This document shows, piece after piece, positions 39,401-50,072 of a stretch of 64,000 bases of DNA. The number at the start of each line of letters is the position of its first letter. Position 1 is the stretch's first letter. A program made the translations under genes and the position numbers. The DNA comes from Candidatus Poribacteria bacterium (GTDB lineage Bacteria; Poribacteria; WGA-4E; WGA-3G): positions 4,704,001 through 4,768,000 of the forward strand of contig OZ240248.1 in the NCBI GenBank assembly GCA_965198235.1. Direction: 5' to 3'. The notes under the pieces were generated by a model. The model was not told the origin of the DNA and did no database searches. It saw nothing but the letters and a program-made list of their open reading frames with translations.

Positions 39401-41296
39401 ATGAGCACATTTTACGTCACCACCCCTATCTACTATCCCAACAGTGAACCACACGCAGGAAATGCCTATACTACTATCGCCTCCGATGTCTTAGCGCGCT
39501 ATCATCGCCTCAAAGGCGATGAGGTCTGCTTTCTTACTGGCGTTGATGAACACGCTGCCAATGTCTATAACGCTGCGAAAGAGGAAGGGCTCTCACCACA
39601 AGCTTATTGCGATAAGATCGCGCCAACGTTCGTTAAGCTGTGGGAACGCCTGAACATCTCGCATGACATCTTTTTCCGTACAACCAGCGATTTACACAAG
39701 CGCGGCGCGCAAAAATTCCTTAATGTACTCTATGACAACGGTGATGTTTATAAAGGGAAGTACGAAGGATATTACTGTCTCTCATGTGAGGAGTTCTTTT
39801 CAGAGAAAGAACTAACAAACGAAAAAATCTGTCCTGTTCATAAACTGCCTCTGCAATGGTTGGAAGAAGAGAATTATTTTTTTAGACTCTCCAAGTATCA
39901 AGACTGTTTACTCGCACATATCCAAGAAAATCCGGATTTCGTCTATCCGGCAGCTCGCCGTAATGAGTTATTAAACTTTCTGGAATCTGGATTACAAGAT
40001 GTAAGTATTTCCCGCGCTTCCTTGTCATGGGGGATTCCATTCCCGTTCGATCCGGAACATATCATATATATCTGGATAGAGGCTTTAAGTAACTATATGA
40101 CAGCACTCGGTTATGACACCGATAGTGAGCAGTACCGTACCTTTTGGCCTGCCGATGTTCATATGATGGGAAAAGACATCACCCGTTTTCACGCCCTGCT
40201 TTGGCCCGCAATGTTGATGGCTGCGAACTTACCCCTTCCCACACATATCGTCGGGCACGGCTGGTTGACAAAGGATGGAGAAGCGTTGAGTAAAACGCGG
40301 GGGATTTTTATTGATATGGATGGCGACATCGCAACTTATGGGGTTGATCCGTTCCGTTATTACCTCCTACGCGAATTTAGTTTCGGGAACGATGGCGATT
40401 ACCGTCCCGCTCGTTTGCACGCACGTTACAACGCTGATCTCGCGAACGATCTCGGTAACCTTCTCAATCGCGTCCTCGGTTTAGTCAACAAGAACTTTGA
40501 AGGGATTCCCGGACCCACGACCCCCGGTGAATTTGATGACGAAATCACAGCGATGGCACAGATGACAGTAGACAAATTAGACGAACACATAAGCGCGTTC
40601 GCGTTTGACGCAGCGTTGGAAACCATCTGGGAATTTGTCAGACGCATCAATCGGTATGTCCAACAGACCCAAGTCTGGGCGCTCGCGAAGCCTGAGACGA
40701 AACCGAGAATGGGCACGATCCTTTACAATAGTTTAGAGGCACTACGGTTCATTTCTGTATTGATCTCACCTTTTGTTCCGGACACTGCTGAGAAGATTCA
40801 GAAACAGATCGGTTTAACGGAATTTGATACTGTCGCAGAGTGGGGACGTTTACCTGTAGGATTGACAGTCAGTAAAGGAGAACCTATTTTCCCTCGTATC
40901 GATGTCAAAAAACAGAAACAATCCCAGCGAAAAGAAGCCGCGCAACCAAAACAGAAGAAAGCAAAGGGAACGTCGGGTCTTGTTTCCTTTGCTGATTTCC
41001 AAAAATTGGATCTGCGGGTGGCGCGTATCCTCAGTGCCGAACCGATTGAAGGGGCTGACCGACTCCTCAAATTGCAGGTAGACCTTGGCACTGAAAAACG
41101 GCAGATGGTCGCTGGAATTGCCGAACACTATAAACCTGAAGCATTGGTAGGTAAACAGGTAATAGTCGTCGCGAATTTGGAACCTGCCACCATTCGCAAC
41201 GTCGAGTCGCACGGCATGATTCTCGCAGGAAGCGGTGACTCCGTAGTTTTGGCAACCCTTGAAACAGAAATGCCCCTCGGCACACAGGTCAGATAG
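39401..41296 (+). CDS. metG: Methionine--tRNA ligase with C-terminal tRNA-binding domain
   Basis: YVTTPIYY, HAGN (HIGH), GKDITRFH, LANDLGNL, EMAP-like C-domain. Confidence 0.96.
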   Translation: MSTFYVTTPIYYPNSEPHAGNAYTTIASDVLARYHRLKGDEVCFLTGVDEHAANVYNAAKEEGLSPQAYCDKIAPTFVKLWERLNISHDIFFRTTSDLHKRGAQKFLNVLYDNGDVYKGKYEGYYCLSCEEFFSEKELTNEKICPVHKLPLQWLEEENYFFRLSKYQDCLLAHIQENPDFVYPAARRNELLNFLESGLQDVSISRASLSWGIPFPFDPEHIIYIWIEALSNYMTALGYDTDSEQYRTFWPADVHMMGKDITRFHALLWPAMLMAANLPLPTHIVGHGWLTKDGEALSKTRGIFIDMDGDIATYGVDPFRYYLLREFSFGNDGDYRPARLHARYNADLANDLGNLLNRVLGLVNKNFEGIPGPTTPGEFDDEITAMAQMTVDKLDEHISAFAFDAALETIWEFVRRINRYVQQTQVWALAKPETKPRMGTILYNSLEALRFISVLISPFVPDTAEKIQKQIGLTEFDTVAEWGRLPVGLTVSKGEPIFPRIDVKKQKQSQRKEAAQPKQKKAKGTSGLVSFADFQKLDLRVARILSAEPIEGADRLLKLQVDLGTEKRQMVAGIAEHYKPEALVGKQVIVVANLEPATIRNVESHGMILAGSGDSVVLATLETEMPLGTQVR

Positions 41297-41323
41297 TAGG
41301 CACACTCCGTGTGCTGTGACAAG

Positions 41324-44300
41324 ATGCAAGATATAGAAAACATTCTTAAAACCCGCATCCAGAACGATGAAGCAAACACCTTCGTCATCATTGTACCGAC
41401 CGATTCTGCGCGTCTGAAGCGTCAGCGCGAATTGGTCGGTTATCACCCGAACCGGGCGGTTGCTAATTTGCGTGTGCATGACATTGAGAATTTCGTGCAG
41501 AGGCTCTACACCCAGGTTCACCCGCCGAGACAACACATCTCACATGGACTCCAAAACCTATGGCTTCACGAAATCGCGGACCCACAGTCGGACAATAGCG
41601 ATGCCTACCGTTATGAAGCCTTTCGACCAGGTCAAGAAATTTCTGTTCCCGATAGTACACTATCCCTTGTCGTAGATACAATTAACCGGTTTAGGGAACG
41701 CGGTGAGACCGTGCGAAACATTGTGACGGATAATCCAACTAAGGTTGATCTCGTTCATATTTATGAAAATTATGAGGCGAAACTCGCAGATCGATGGATA
41801 GATGAGCAAGGTAAACATCTACACCTTGCTAACAATTTCAATTCAGAATTCATGAGGAACGCATTTCCACAGGTCAATCTTGTGGTTGTTGAAGGGTTCA
41901 CTGTGCTTTCCAAAGCCGACATCAAAATTCTGACGGACATCTCACAAATGTCTAATATAGAGATGTGGTTCCGTACCGACTATGTTGAAGAAAATGAAAA
42001 CCTTTACAGAAATATTGCTGATCTTGTCAGGCAATTTGAAGCAGTAGGTGTGGACATTGATGCCGACTATGAACGCGAATCCGATCTACATCAACATTTT
42101 GCCAAGAACCTTTTTCGCGTAGAAGCAGAAGATGTGAACTTGAATCACAATTCTGATGCTGCAGTTCAGATTAAAGTGTTGAAACCTGCTGACAGATCAG
42201 AAGAAGTGGAGCAAATTGCACATCTGATACAGAAACATGTGTCGGATGGAGATTGCAAACTCAGTGACATCTGTGTCGCTTATTACAACATAGGGCAATA
42301 TCAGCAGCGCGTCGCCGAAACTTTTCCCGCTTACGGCATTCCTTATTCGCTCGTAGAGATCGTACCGTTGACCAGGTCAGAGATCGTCAAAGCGATCTTT
42401 TCTCGTCTTTCATCTCGCCAAGTCCCGTTAGACGGTGCCTATTTCTCTGAGGTCGAGCCTGCGTCACACATACGACTGTTTCACCCTGACGCGTTTCAGA
42501 GATATGTTGATGACCTACTCAAAAAGGGCGGGATCATCCAGCATATTCTAAACCCGATGCTCAGAAAAAACCGGGAGGTCGTCGAAGGTGAGATTGAGGC
42601 GTATCGCCAATTCAATAGGATTGTTAAAGAACTTTGTGGCGTTTTAAAATCGGACGGGGTTGAATCGTGTTCCCTTAATGATTACATTGAGAAACTCCAC
42701 CACATTGCAAAGCATACAAACTATCAAAATAGACCAGCAACAAAGGCGGAAACTGTCAGAATTGTTCAACTTGGAGAACTCAGAAGTCTGGAGTTTGATG
42801 TCGTCTTTTTAGGTGATTTTGTAGAAGGAAGGTTTCCAGCCAATTATCAGCCGGATCCGCTACTCCCAGAAATCCCTTATCGTAACGAAGAGGAACAGTT
42901 ACACGACAGCCGATTCATGTTCTATCGGGTGCTCAAATCTTTTCGCAAAGTGCTTTATCTGCTTACCCCAAAACGTGAACGTGCGGCGGATCTGATCCCA
43001 TCTCCTTTTCTCGGTCAATTAAAGGCACTCGCTGATGTCCAAGAGATTGAAATCGCTGATCCCACACAGGGAAGTGTCTCCGGTTTCCTCAGCACGTACG
43101 GTAATCACGTATGGACGATGCCTATCCCCTCCAATGAAGAATTCCCTGATGAAATCGCAGAGATGCGTCCCCTAATAGAGCATGTCGTTAAAGTTGAAAA
43201 AAGTCGCGAAAAGATACATGATCATTTGGCTTATGAAGGGATTTTAACGGCTGAAACGCTTTCTACTGCAAGCCGAGAACGTTTGGAAAATCGGCGGCAG
43301 CGGATCTATTCCGTCACAGAATTGGAAACTTACGCCAAATGTCCATTTCAGTACTTCATCAATAATGTTTTGAGATTCCGTGTTGAAGAGGACGAGACAG
43401 AGGATGAGTTATCCGGCCTTGAAAAAGGATCACTACTCCATGATGTTCTCTTTGAATTTTACAACGTTCGTTGCAACCAAAAAAGACCTTCTATCGGACA
43501 ATGTGACGAGAAAACCTTTAAAGACGCAAAAAACCAATTGAATGAACTGCTGGAGAGTCATGCGGAAAAACATCGCAATCGACGGACTGAGAACCTTATT
43601 GGCGAGAACAATCTGTTTTGGGAAACCGATGTAGAGAAACTTCGTGTTACACTCCACAAATGGCTTACAGCAGAGCGCACCCACGAATTACCTGTTACAC
43701 CTCACTACTTTGAGGTTAGTTTTGGACAGAAACGTGAACCAAGAGATCCGGAACTTAGCCACACTGAACCAATTACTATCAGCGACGTGCGTATGACTGG
43801 TAAAATTGACCGCATTGATATCGGTAATGGCACCTTTAATATTATTGACTATAAGACTGGCAGTTCCACCGTTAGAATGCCGGAGATTCTCAGCGGACGG
43901 AGCCTCCAACTGCCCATCTACCTACAAACAGCCAAGAAATTGTTGGAGAAGCATAACAAAACAGGATTAGAGCCAGCAGCAGGCCTCTATTATAAAATCA
44001 GACTGGACAAATTTACAGCTGAACTCGGTATCGGAACAGAATCCGAAAACGGAGTTGCCTACAATGCTTACAATGGTAACGACTGGAAATCGGTTAGCTC
44101 AAGAAGTGGTCAGTTGTTAGCGGATGAAACCTTCAATGAACGGCTTGCGCGCGTCAGTGGCTACGTTCAACAGTACGTAGACAGTATATCTAAGGGCACC
44201 TTTCCCCTCATCACGCGCGTTGAGACATTTGTAGCGTCTGAAGAAGAGGGCGATACGCCAATCATCCCCAGAAATAAGACAGAACCCTGCAATTACTGTA

Positions 44301-44359
44301 ATTATAAGCGTGTCTGTCGTGTCGGTGCCATCTCTGAAACACCCCAATCAGACGATTAG
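41324..44359 (+). CDS. AddB/RexB-like PD-(D/E)XK nuclease with inactive helicase-like N-terminus
   Basis: SVTELETYAKCPF, GKIDRID, IIDYKTG, QLPIY, CNYCNYKRVC Fe-S staple. Confidence 0.85.
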   Translation: MQDIENILKTRIQNDEANTFVIIVPTDSARLKRQRELVGYHPNRAVANLRVHDIENFVQRLYTQVHPPRQHISHGLQNLWLHEIADPQSDNSDAYRYEAFRPGQEISVPDSTLSLVVDTINRFRERGETVRNIVTDNPTKVDLVHIYENYEAKLADRWIDEQGKHLHLANNFNSEFMRNAFPQVNLVVVEGFTVLSKADIKILTDISQMSNIEMWFRTDYVEENENLYRNIADLVRQFEAVGVDIDADYERESDLHQHFAKNLFRVEAEDVNLNHNSDAAVQIKVLKPADRSEEVEQIAHLIQKHVSDGDCKLSDICVAYYNIGQYQQRVAETFPAYGIPYSLVEIVPLTRSEIVKAIFSRLSSRQVPLDGAYFSEVEPASHIRLFHPDAFQRYVDDLLKKGGIIQHILNPMLRKNREVVEGEIEAYRQFNRIVKELCGVLKSDGVESCSLNDYIEKLHHIAKHTNYQNRPATKAETVRIVQLGELRSLEFDVVFLGDFVEGRFPANYQPDPLLPEIPYRNEEEQLHDSRFMFYRVLKSFRKVLYLLTPKRERAADLIPSPFLGQLKALADVQEIEIADPTQGSVSGFLSTYGNHVWTMPIPSNEEFPDEIAEMRPLIEHVVKVEKSREKIHDHLAYEGILTAETLSTASRERLENRRQRIYSVTELETYAKCPFQYFINNVLRFRVEEDETEDELSGLEKGSLLHDVLFEFYNVRCNQKRPSIGQCDEKTFKDAKNQLNELLESHAEKHRNRRTENLIGENNLFWETDVEKLRVTLHKWLTAERTHELPVTPHYFEVSFGQKREPRDPELSHTEPITISDVRMTGKIDRIDIGNGTFNIIDYKTGSSTVRMPEILSGRSLQLPIYLQTAKKLLEKHNKTGLEPAAGLYYKIRLDKFTAELGIGTESENGVAYNAYNGNDWKSVSSRSGQLLADETFNERLARVSGYVQQYVDSISKGTFPLITRVETFVASEEEGDTPIIPRNKTEPCNYCNYKRVCRVGAISETPQSDD

Positions 44360-44415
44360 CATTTCGTCTACTGTTTTCACTGACGGAGTCTGAAACCTCA
44401 CCTTTCAGAAAAAAC

Positions 44416-44444
44416 TTGCACACTTCTGCCAAATCTGTTATACT
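44416..44444 (+). promoter_or_regulatory. sigma70 promoter of sodA
   Basis: TTGCAC-N17-TATACT with TG extension. Confidence 0.65.
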
Positions 44445-44534
44445 CTTTTTGATTTTTAAAGGACATTGCTTGCACGCCCCTTAGCGCGCAACTCGCAAAC
44501 GGATGTAAAAAACAAAATAGGAGGCTATTTTTCA

Positions 44535-45140
44535 ATGGCACATACATTACCAGCACTTCCTTACGCGCATGATGCGTTGGAACCTCATATTGATACACAA
44601 ACGATGGAAATCCACCATGGTAAACACCATCAAGCCTACATTACCAACCTCAACACTGCCTTAGAGGGACTCGGTGCTGTCGCAGACATGGATATTCACG
44701 ACTTGCTCAGCAATCTTGACCAGGTCCCGGAAGACAAACGTCAAGCTGTCATCAACAACGGCGGCGGACACGCGAATCATTCACTCTTCTGGTCCATCAT
44801 GGGTCCTAATGGTGGTGAACCCGGCGGAGAGATCGCAGCAGCGATAACCTCCACCTTCGGATCACTTGAAGCGGCGAAGGAACAGTTTGCCACTGCCGCT
44901 ACCACGCGTTTCGGCTCTGGTTGGGCATGGCTCGTCCTCGGCGACAGCGGGTTGGAAATCTACTCGACGGCGAATCAGGACAGTCCGATCATGCAGGGAC
45001 ATACCCCGCTTCTCGGGATCGATGTCTGGGAACATGCATACTATCTGAAGTACCAGAACCTCCGTCCAGCTTACGTTGAGGCATGGACAAACGTCATCAA
45101 CTGGACTCGAGTCAATGAACTCTACATAGCGAACGCCTAA
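44535..45140 (+). CDS. sodA: Superoxide dismutase, Mn-type
   Basis: [31 protein letters not shown]; RBS AGGAGG. Confidence 0.95.
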   Translation: MAHTLPALPYAHDALEPHIDTQTMEIHHGKHHQAYITNLNTALEGLGAVADMDIHDLLSNLDQVPEDKRQAVINNGGGHANHSLFWSIMGPNGGEPGGEIAAAITSTFGSLEAAKEQFATAATTRFGSGWAWLVLGDSGLEIYSTANQDSPIMQGHTPLLGIDVWEHAYYLKYQNLRPAYVEAWTNVINWTRVNELYIANA

Positions 45141-45166
45141 CTTTCCGTAACACGTTTTAAATGTTG

Positions 45167-45207
45167 GTAGGGGTAGGAGCGAAGTGCATTTCAAACCTAC
45201 CCTCTAC
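45167..45207. repeat. REP-like GTAG hairpin / terminator after sodA
   Basis: gtaggggtagg...cctaccctctac. Confidence 0.5.
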
Positions 45208-45273
45208 TTCCTGAAACAACAGACACGTTTCGCCGTACTGTACGTTCAAGAGGACACGGTTCAATTAAATTTC

Positions 45274-45302
45274 TTGACATTTTCCTTTGAATATGTTATA
45301 CT
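45274..45302 (+). promoter_or_regulatory. sigma70 promoter of the T-box/ilv operon
   Basis: TTGACA-N17-TATACT with TG extension. Confidence 0.8.
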
Positions 45303-45387
45303 TAAGGTATAAGCATAATGCATTTCAGCATGCCCGTGAAACTTCGTAAAACGGCGTGCGTAATTAACAACTAAATAGATTACCCTA

Positions 45388-45687
45388 AAAAGCGTTGAAG
45401 GGGAGGAGTAAGTCGTCCGGACTTGCAAGAGATGGGGATTCATAGGCTGAAAGGTCTCCTCAAGTTCCCACGACTGAAGGTCGCCCTGGAGTTGCTAATC
45501 TGAACAGTCTGTAGCAATGTCTCAGTAGGATTAGTCGGTGTGATGCCCGTTAACGCATCCCAAAGAGTGCTCTTTCTCGTTGTAGGTTCAATGCCTCGAA
45601 AATGAGAAAGGGAATTGGAGTGGTACCACGGTAAGGTCACTGTAAATGCCCTTCTCGTCTCCAAAGTTGGAACGAGAAGGTTTTTTT
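45388..45687 (+). ncRNA. T-box riboswitch (transcriptional; probable Val specifier GUC)
   Basis: AGUA, AGAGA and GCUGA motifs in stem I; UGAAG-GUC at 45480-45482; T-box GAGUGGUACCACG 45618-45630; terminator ccttctcgtctccaa/ttggaacgagaagg + T7. Confidence 0.9.
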
Positions 45688-45704
45688 AATTTCAACTATT
45701 CCCT

Positions 45705-45737
45705 GTAGGGAACGGGGTCCACACCCCTCGCCCCTAC
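45705..45737. repeat. REP-like GTAG palindrome
   Basis: gtaggg..cgggg...cccc..gcccctac. Confidence 0.5.
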
Positions 45738-45757
45738 CACTTATGAGGAAAATTGGC

Positions 45758-47434
45758 ATGGAACTTTCAGGAGCGCAAATCCTTGTTGACAGTCTCAAGC
45801 GGGAAGGCGTCGAATATATCTTTGGTGTGAACGGTGGCGCGGCGATGCCGATTTTCGATGCCCTGTACGGTGAGACCGAAATCAAATTGATTCCAATGCG
45901 GCATGAACAAGGGGCTTCCCACGCCGCTGATGGCTACGCACGCGCCACTGGTGATGTCGGGGTCGCACTCGCAACCTCCGGTCCCGGTGCAACCAATCTC
46001 GTCACAGGTATCGCAACCGCTTATATGGATTCGATTCCGATGGTCGCGATCACCGGACAGGTTTTCACCCACTATATCGGCAGCGATGCTTTCCAAGAGT
46101 GTGATGTTATCGGTGTAACGCGTCCGATCTGTAAGCATAGTTACTTGATCAAAGATTGCGACGAGGTAGCGGATGTCGTCGCTGAAGCGTTTCACCTCGC
46201 GAAGACAGGGAAACCCGGTCCGGTAATCATTGACATTGCCAAAGATGCCCAGATACATGAAGCACTGTTTCAATATCCAGAAACAGTTGACATTCGCAGC
46301 TACAAACCGCAAGTTCACGGTGATCCGGCGCAAATCGCGAAGGCAGCGGCATTGATTAAGGAAGCGAAATGTCCCATGCTTTATGCCGGTGGTGGTGTCG
46401 TACTTGCCAATGCCAGCGAGGAGTTGCGACAATTCACTCTCAAAACCCAGATTCCAATTACGGTTACATTGATGGGTCTCGGAGCGTTCCCCGAAACACA
46501 TCCTTTGGCGATGGAGATGCCCGGAATGCACGGCTCTTGTTGCGCAAATTACGCTTTTACCGATGCAGACCTTGTTATTGCTATCGGTGCAAGGTTCGAT
46601 GACCGCGTTACGGGTGATCTCAGTAAATTCGCACCGAACGCTAAAAAAATCCACATTGATATCGACGCGTCTTGTATCGGGAAAAATGTACCGGTGGATG
46701 TCCCTATCGTTGGTGATGCGAAGAATGTCCTCACTGAACTGAACAAACAGGTCGGCACGGCGGACATTGATCCATGGCGCGCCCAGATTCAGGAATGGAA
46801 GCAGAAGTACCCATTTGAATACGAGCAAAAAGCCGATAAAGTGATGCCGCAATACGTCATTGAGCAGATTTATGAACATTACAGCGATGCGATCGTCGTC
46901 GGGGATGTCGGACAACACCAGATGTGGGCGGCGCAATACTTCAAATTCACCGAACCCCGGCAGTGGCTCAATTCTGGTGGTCTCGGGACGATGGGCTTCA
47001 GTCTCCCAGCCGCAATCGGTGCGCAACTTGGATGTCCGGACAAAACCGTCGTCAACATTAATGGCGATGGTTCCTATATCATGACGATCCAGGAATTGGT
47101 GCCAGCGGTTACCATGAAACTGCCGCTAAAGATTTTCATCATCAACAATATGTATTTGGGAATGGTACGCCAATGGCAGGAATTGTTCCATGGCAAACGC
47201 TATTCCGCTGTCGATTACCACGATAATCCGGATTTCGCCTTACTCGCACAGGCATTCGGTGCCACAGGCTTACGGGTCGAACACACCGAAGATGTTGCGC
47301 CCGCATTACAGAAGGCGAAAGGGATTACCGAGGGTCCCGTTGTCATTGACTTTATTGTTGATGAAGAAGAGAATGTGTTCCCGATGGTGCCAGCTGGTGC
47401 TGGGCTCGGAGATGTTATCCGCGGGTTATCTTAA
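45758..47434 (+). CDS. ilvB: Acetolactate synthase large subunit
   Basis: RHEQGA, TSGPGATN, RFDDRV, DVGQHQMW, SGGLGTMG, GDGS, GMVRQWQ. Confidence 0.97.
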   Translation: MELSGAQILVDSLKREGVEYIFGVNGGAAMPIFDALYGETEIKLIPMRHEQGASHAADGYARATGDVGVALATSGPGATNLVTGIATAYMDSIPMVAITGQVFTHYIGSDAFQECDVIGVTRPICKHSYLIKDCDEVADVVAEAFHLAKTGKPGPVIIDIAKDAQIHEALFQYPETVDIRSYKPQVHGDPAQIAKAAALIKEAKCPMLYAGGGVVLANASEELRQFTLKTQIPITVTLMGLGAFPETHPLAMEMPGMHGSCCANYAFTDADLVIAIGARFDDRVTGDLSKFAPNAKKIHIDIDASCIGKNVPVDVPIVGDAKNVLTELNKQVGTADIDPWRAQIQEWKQKYPFEYEQKADKVMPQYVIEQIYEHYSDAIVVGDVGQHQMWAAQYFKFTEPRQWLNSGGLGTMGFSLPAAIGAQLGCPDKTVVNINGDGSYIMTIQELVPAVTMKLPLKIFIINNMYLGMVRQWQELFHGKRYSAVDYHDNPDFALLAQAFGATGLRVEHTEDVAPALQKAKGITEGPVVIDFIVDEEENVFPMVPAGAGLGDVIRGLS

Positions 47435-47534
47435 CGATTTTTTTAACCATTGAATCTGAGTTGCCCTTCCGTTGTTAGGGTAGTATTCTAATCGTTAAGA
47501 AATTGTTCATAACCATCTGAACTTGGATTCTTAT

Positions 47535-47599
47535 GCTTCTTCGATCTTTACCGTGATTATATTACAGGTCCATCTAATCATGGTGAAGATCCAAGAAGC
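47535..47599. repeat. Long intergenic palindrome between ilvB and ilvN
   Basis: 25-bp stem gcttcttcgatctttaccgtgatta / taatcatggtgaagatccaagaagc (2 G-U pairs, 1 mismatch). Confidence 0.6.
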
Positions 47600-47706
47600 T
47601 CATAAATCATGGTTCGGACAGTTTTAGAGAATCAACACGGAATGCGCGTATGGCATTCCGTGGGGGTGGACAACGGACACTCCGTCCAGGCATAATCGTT
47701 AAAAGA

Positions 47707-48204
47707 ATGAATTCAGAAGAACGACACATTTTTTCCGTTTTGGTCGAGAACCGATTTGGAGTCCTCGCACGTGTTGCGGGACTCTTCAGCGGGCGCGGCT
47801 TTAATATTGATAGTCTCAACGTCGCCGAAACGCACGACAGGAGCATTTCGCAGATAACCCTTGTCACGCATGGCGATGCCCAAATTATTGAACAGATCTA
47901 CCATCACCTCAATAGACTTATTGACGTTATTGAAGTAACAGACCTCTCCACCGGCACCCATGTTGAACGAGAACTTGTCCTTATCAAGATTGCTACCGAT
48001 AATCCTCAAAAACGCACCGAGATTCTGCAAGTCGCCGAAGTTTTCCGTGGTCGGGTTATAGATATGAAACCTGCTTCACTTGTCCTTGAAATTACAGGTG
48101 ATGAGGGTAAATTGAAAGCGGCGATTGATATTTTCAATACGTACGGTATCCTTGAGTTAGCACGCACCGGTAAAATAGCGATGCTGCGCGGATCCGATTT
48201 TTAA
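47707..48204 (+). CDS. ilvN: Acetolactate synthase small subunit
   Basis: SVLVENRFGVLARVAGLFSGRGFNIDSL ACT domain; ERELVLIK; ELARTG. Confidence 0.96.
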   Translation: MNSEERHIFSVLVENRFGVLARVAGLFSGRGFNIDSLNVAETHDRSISQITLVTHGDAQIIEQIYHHLNRLIDVIEVTDLSTGTHVERELVLIKIATDNPQKRTEILQVAEVFRGRVIDMKPASLVLEITGDEGKLKAAIDIFNTYGILELARTGKIAMLRGSDF

Positions 48205-48440
48205 ATTTTCCTTGCGGTTCGGCTAAGTGAGTTTGGCATTTGATGCCCCTCGGCGTAGAACCGCCCTCCATTACATTACGGGCTACGCGTTTGGTGCTAA
48301 GAATGCAAAGGCTTGTCACAGAAATCGTGATGTCCGCGTCCGCTGAGGTTTCCTAATCTCACCGCTGGCATCCGGGCTGCCCGTTTTCATTAGAGATTGC
48401 GTAAGTCCTACTATAATTTTTTAGAAAAGGAACAGACTTT

Positions 48441-49433
48441 ATGGCAACGATTTATTACGATAGTGATGCCAATTTTGATTTACTGAAAGAGCGCACCGTC
48501 GCTGTTATTGGTTACGGGGCACAGGGACGTGCGCAATCCCTAAACCTCAAAGACAGCGGGGCGAATGTTGTCGTCGGGTTATATGAAGGCAGTCGTTCAA
48601 AAGCGCGAGCGGAAGCCGAAGGCTTGACCGTCAAAACCGTCGAAGAAGCCGCAGCAATGGCAGACATAGTTCAAGTTCTCATCCCTGATGAACGCCATGC
48701 CGCTGTTTACCGTGACCAGATCGCGCCGAACATGCAGTCGGGGAATATGCTCCTCGTCTCACACGGATTCAGCGTCCATTTTGGGCAAATTGTGCCTGCT
48801 AGTGACATTGATGTCGCAATGATTGCACCGAAGGGACCGGGTTCCCTCGTCCGTGAGGTGTTTGAAGGTGGTGGTGGAGTGCCGTGTCTCATTGCTATAC
48901 ATCAAGATACCACAGGTCTCGCACGCGAGGTCGCGCTCGCTTATGCAAGAGGCATCGGCGGCACACGTGCCGGTGTCATAGAAACTACGTTCCGCGAGGA
49001 AACCGAAACCGATCTCTTCGGTGAGCAAGCCGTCCTGTGTGGCGGAACCGCTGCACTTATTAAAGCCGCTTTTGATACGCTCGTCGAAGCCGGTTACCAA
49101 CCCGAAATGGCTTACTTTGAATGTCTGCACGAACTCAAGTTGATTGTTGACCTAATCTACACCGGCGGATTGAGTAAGATGCGCAATGATGTGAGCAACA
49201 CCGCCGAATACGGCGACCTGACACGCGGTCCTCAGCTCATTGATGACAGCGTCAGGGACAGGATGCGCCAAATCTTGAAGGACGTTCAGGGTGGTGTCTT
49301 CGCACGAGAGTGGGTCTTGGAAAATGAGGCAAATCAACCCGTACTCGGTGCACTCCGCCGACAGGAAGAAGAATTGCAGATTGAAGAGGTCGGCAAAAAC
49401 CTGCGCAGCATGATGAGCTGGCTCGACGAGTAG
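48441..49433 (+). CDS. ilvC: Ketol-acid reductoisomerase
   Basis: [36 protein letters not shown]. Confidence 0.97.
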   Translation: MATIYYDSDANFDLLKERTVAVIGYGAQGRAQSLNLKDSGANVVVGLYEGSRSKARAEAEGLTVKTVEEAAAMADIVQVLIPDERHAAVYRDQIAPNMQSGNMLLVSHGFSVHFGQIVPASDIDVAMIAPKGPGSLVREVFEGGGGVPCLIAIHQDTTGLAREVALAYARGIGGTRAGVIETTFREETETDLFGEQAVLCGGTAALIKAAFDTLVEAGYQPEMAYFECLHELKLIVDLIYTGGLSKMRNDVSNTAEYGDLTRGPQLIDDSVRDRMRQILKDVQGGVFAREWVLENEANQPVLGALRRQEEELQIEEVGKNLRSMMSWLDE

Positions 49434-49596
49434 AATTTTCTTCTCTCGCACATGTGCCTTAATTCCTTTTCGCTGGCGAGGTTTCTTGGGGAAATCCGCA
49501 GAAATACCTCGTCCTTTCGCATGTTGCACTCTGCGGATAGACACAACTTCTTGATTTTGTCTGCGTTCTGGCATCCCTCGTTTCCGTGCTAAAGAT

Positions 49597-50031
49597 ATGA
49601 ATTTATCGGACAAAACGGATACTTTCTTAATCCGGGAGTGCCGTCCAGAAGAAGCGGAAGCACTTCTCATATTGTGGCGGGCTACTGGAACATCTCCAAG
49701 CATCACGGATACTATCGCAGATATTCAAGGTGCAATAGAAAGCCTCGCGTCGGTGCTGGTTGCTGAGGCAGATCAACGTATCGTCGGCTCCTTGATCGCT
49801 ACTTTCGATGGGTGGCGAGGGAACATGTATCGGATCGCAGTTCATCCTGACTACCGACGTTGTGGCATTGGACGAGCCTTAGTCGAGGAAGGCGAGAGAT
49901 GTTTGGCAAAGCAGGGAGCTAAACGCATCACGGCACTCGTAGAAGAGAAGTATCCGTGGGCGACTGCGTTCTGGTCGAGTGTCGGATATGAGATAGAACC
50001 TGGGATCGTCCGGTTTTTCCGCAATCCCTAA
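49597..50031 (+). CDS. GNAT family N-acetyltransferase
   Basis: FDGWRG, AVHPDYRRCGIGRAL. Confidence 0.88.
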   Translation: MNLSDKTDTFLIRECRPEEAEALLILWRATGTSPSITDTIADIQGAIESLASVLVAEADQRIVGSLIATFDGWRGNMYRIAVHPDYRRCGIGRALVEEGERCLAKQGAKRITALVEEKYPWATAFWSSVGYEIEPGIVRFFRNP

Positions 50032-50072
50032 ATAAAGCACATGTCGTGTCCCATCATACGAGGAGGATAGCC

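Noticed and set aside
45767-47026. 419-aa antisense ORF (also 4278-5072, 40850-41536, 51499-52287)
   Set aside because: Shadow ORFs opposite well-conserved genes, explained by codon bias.
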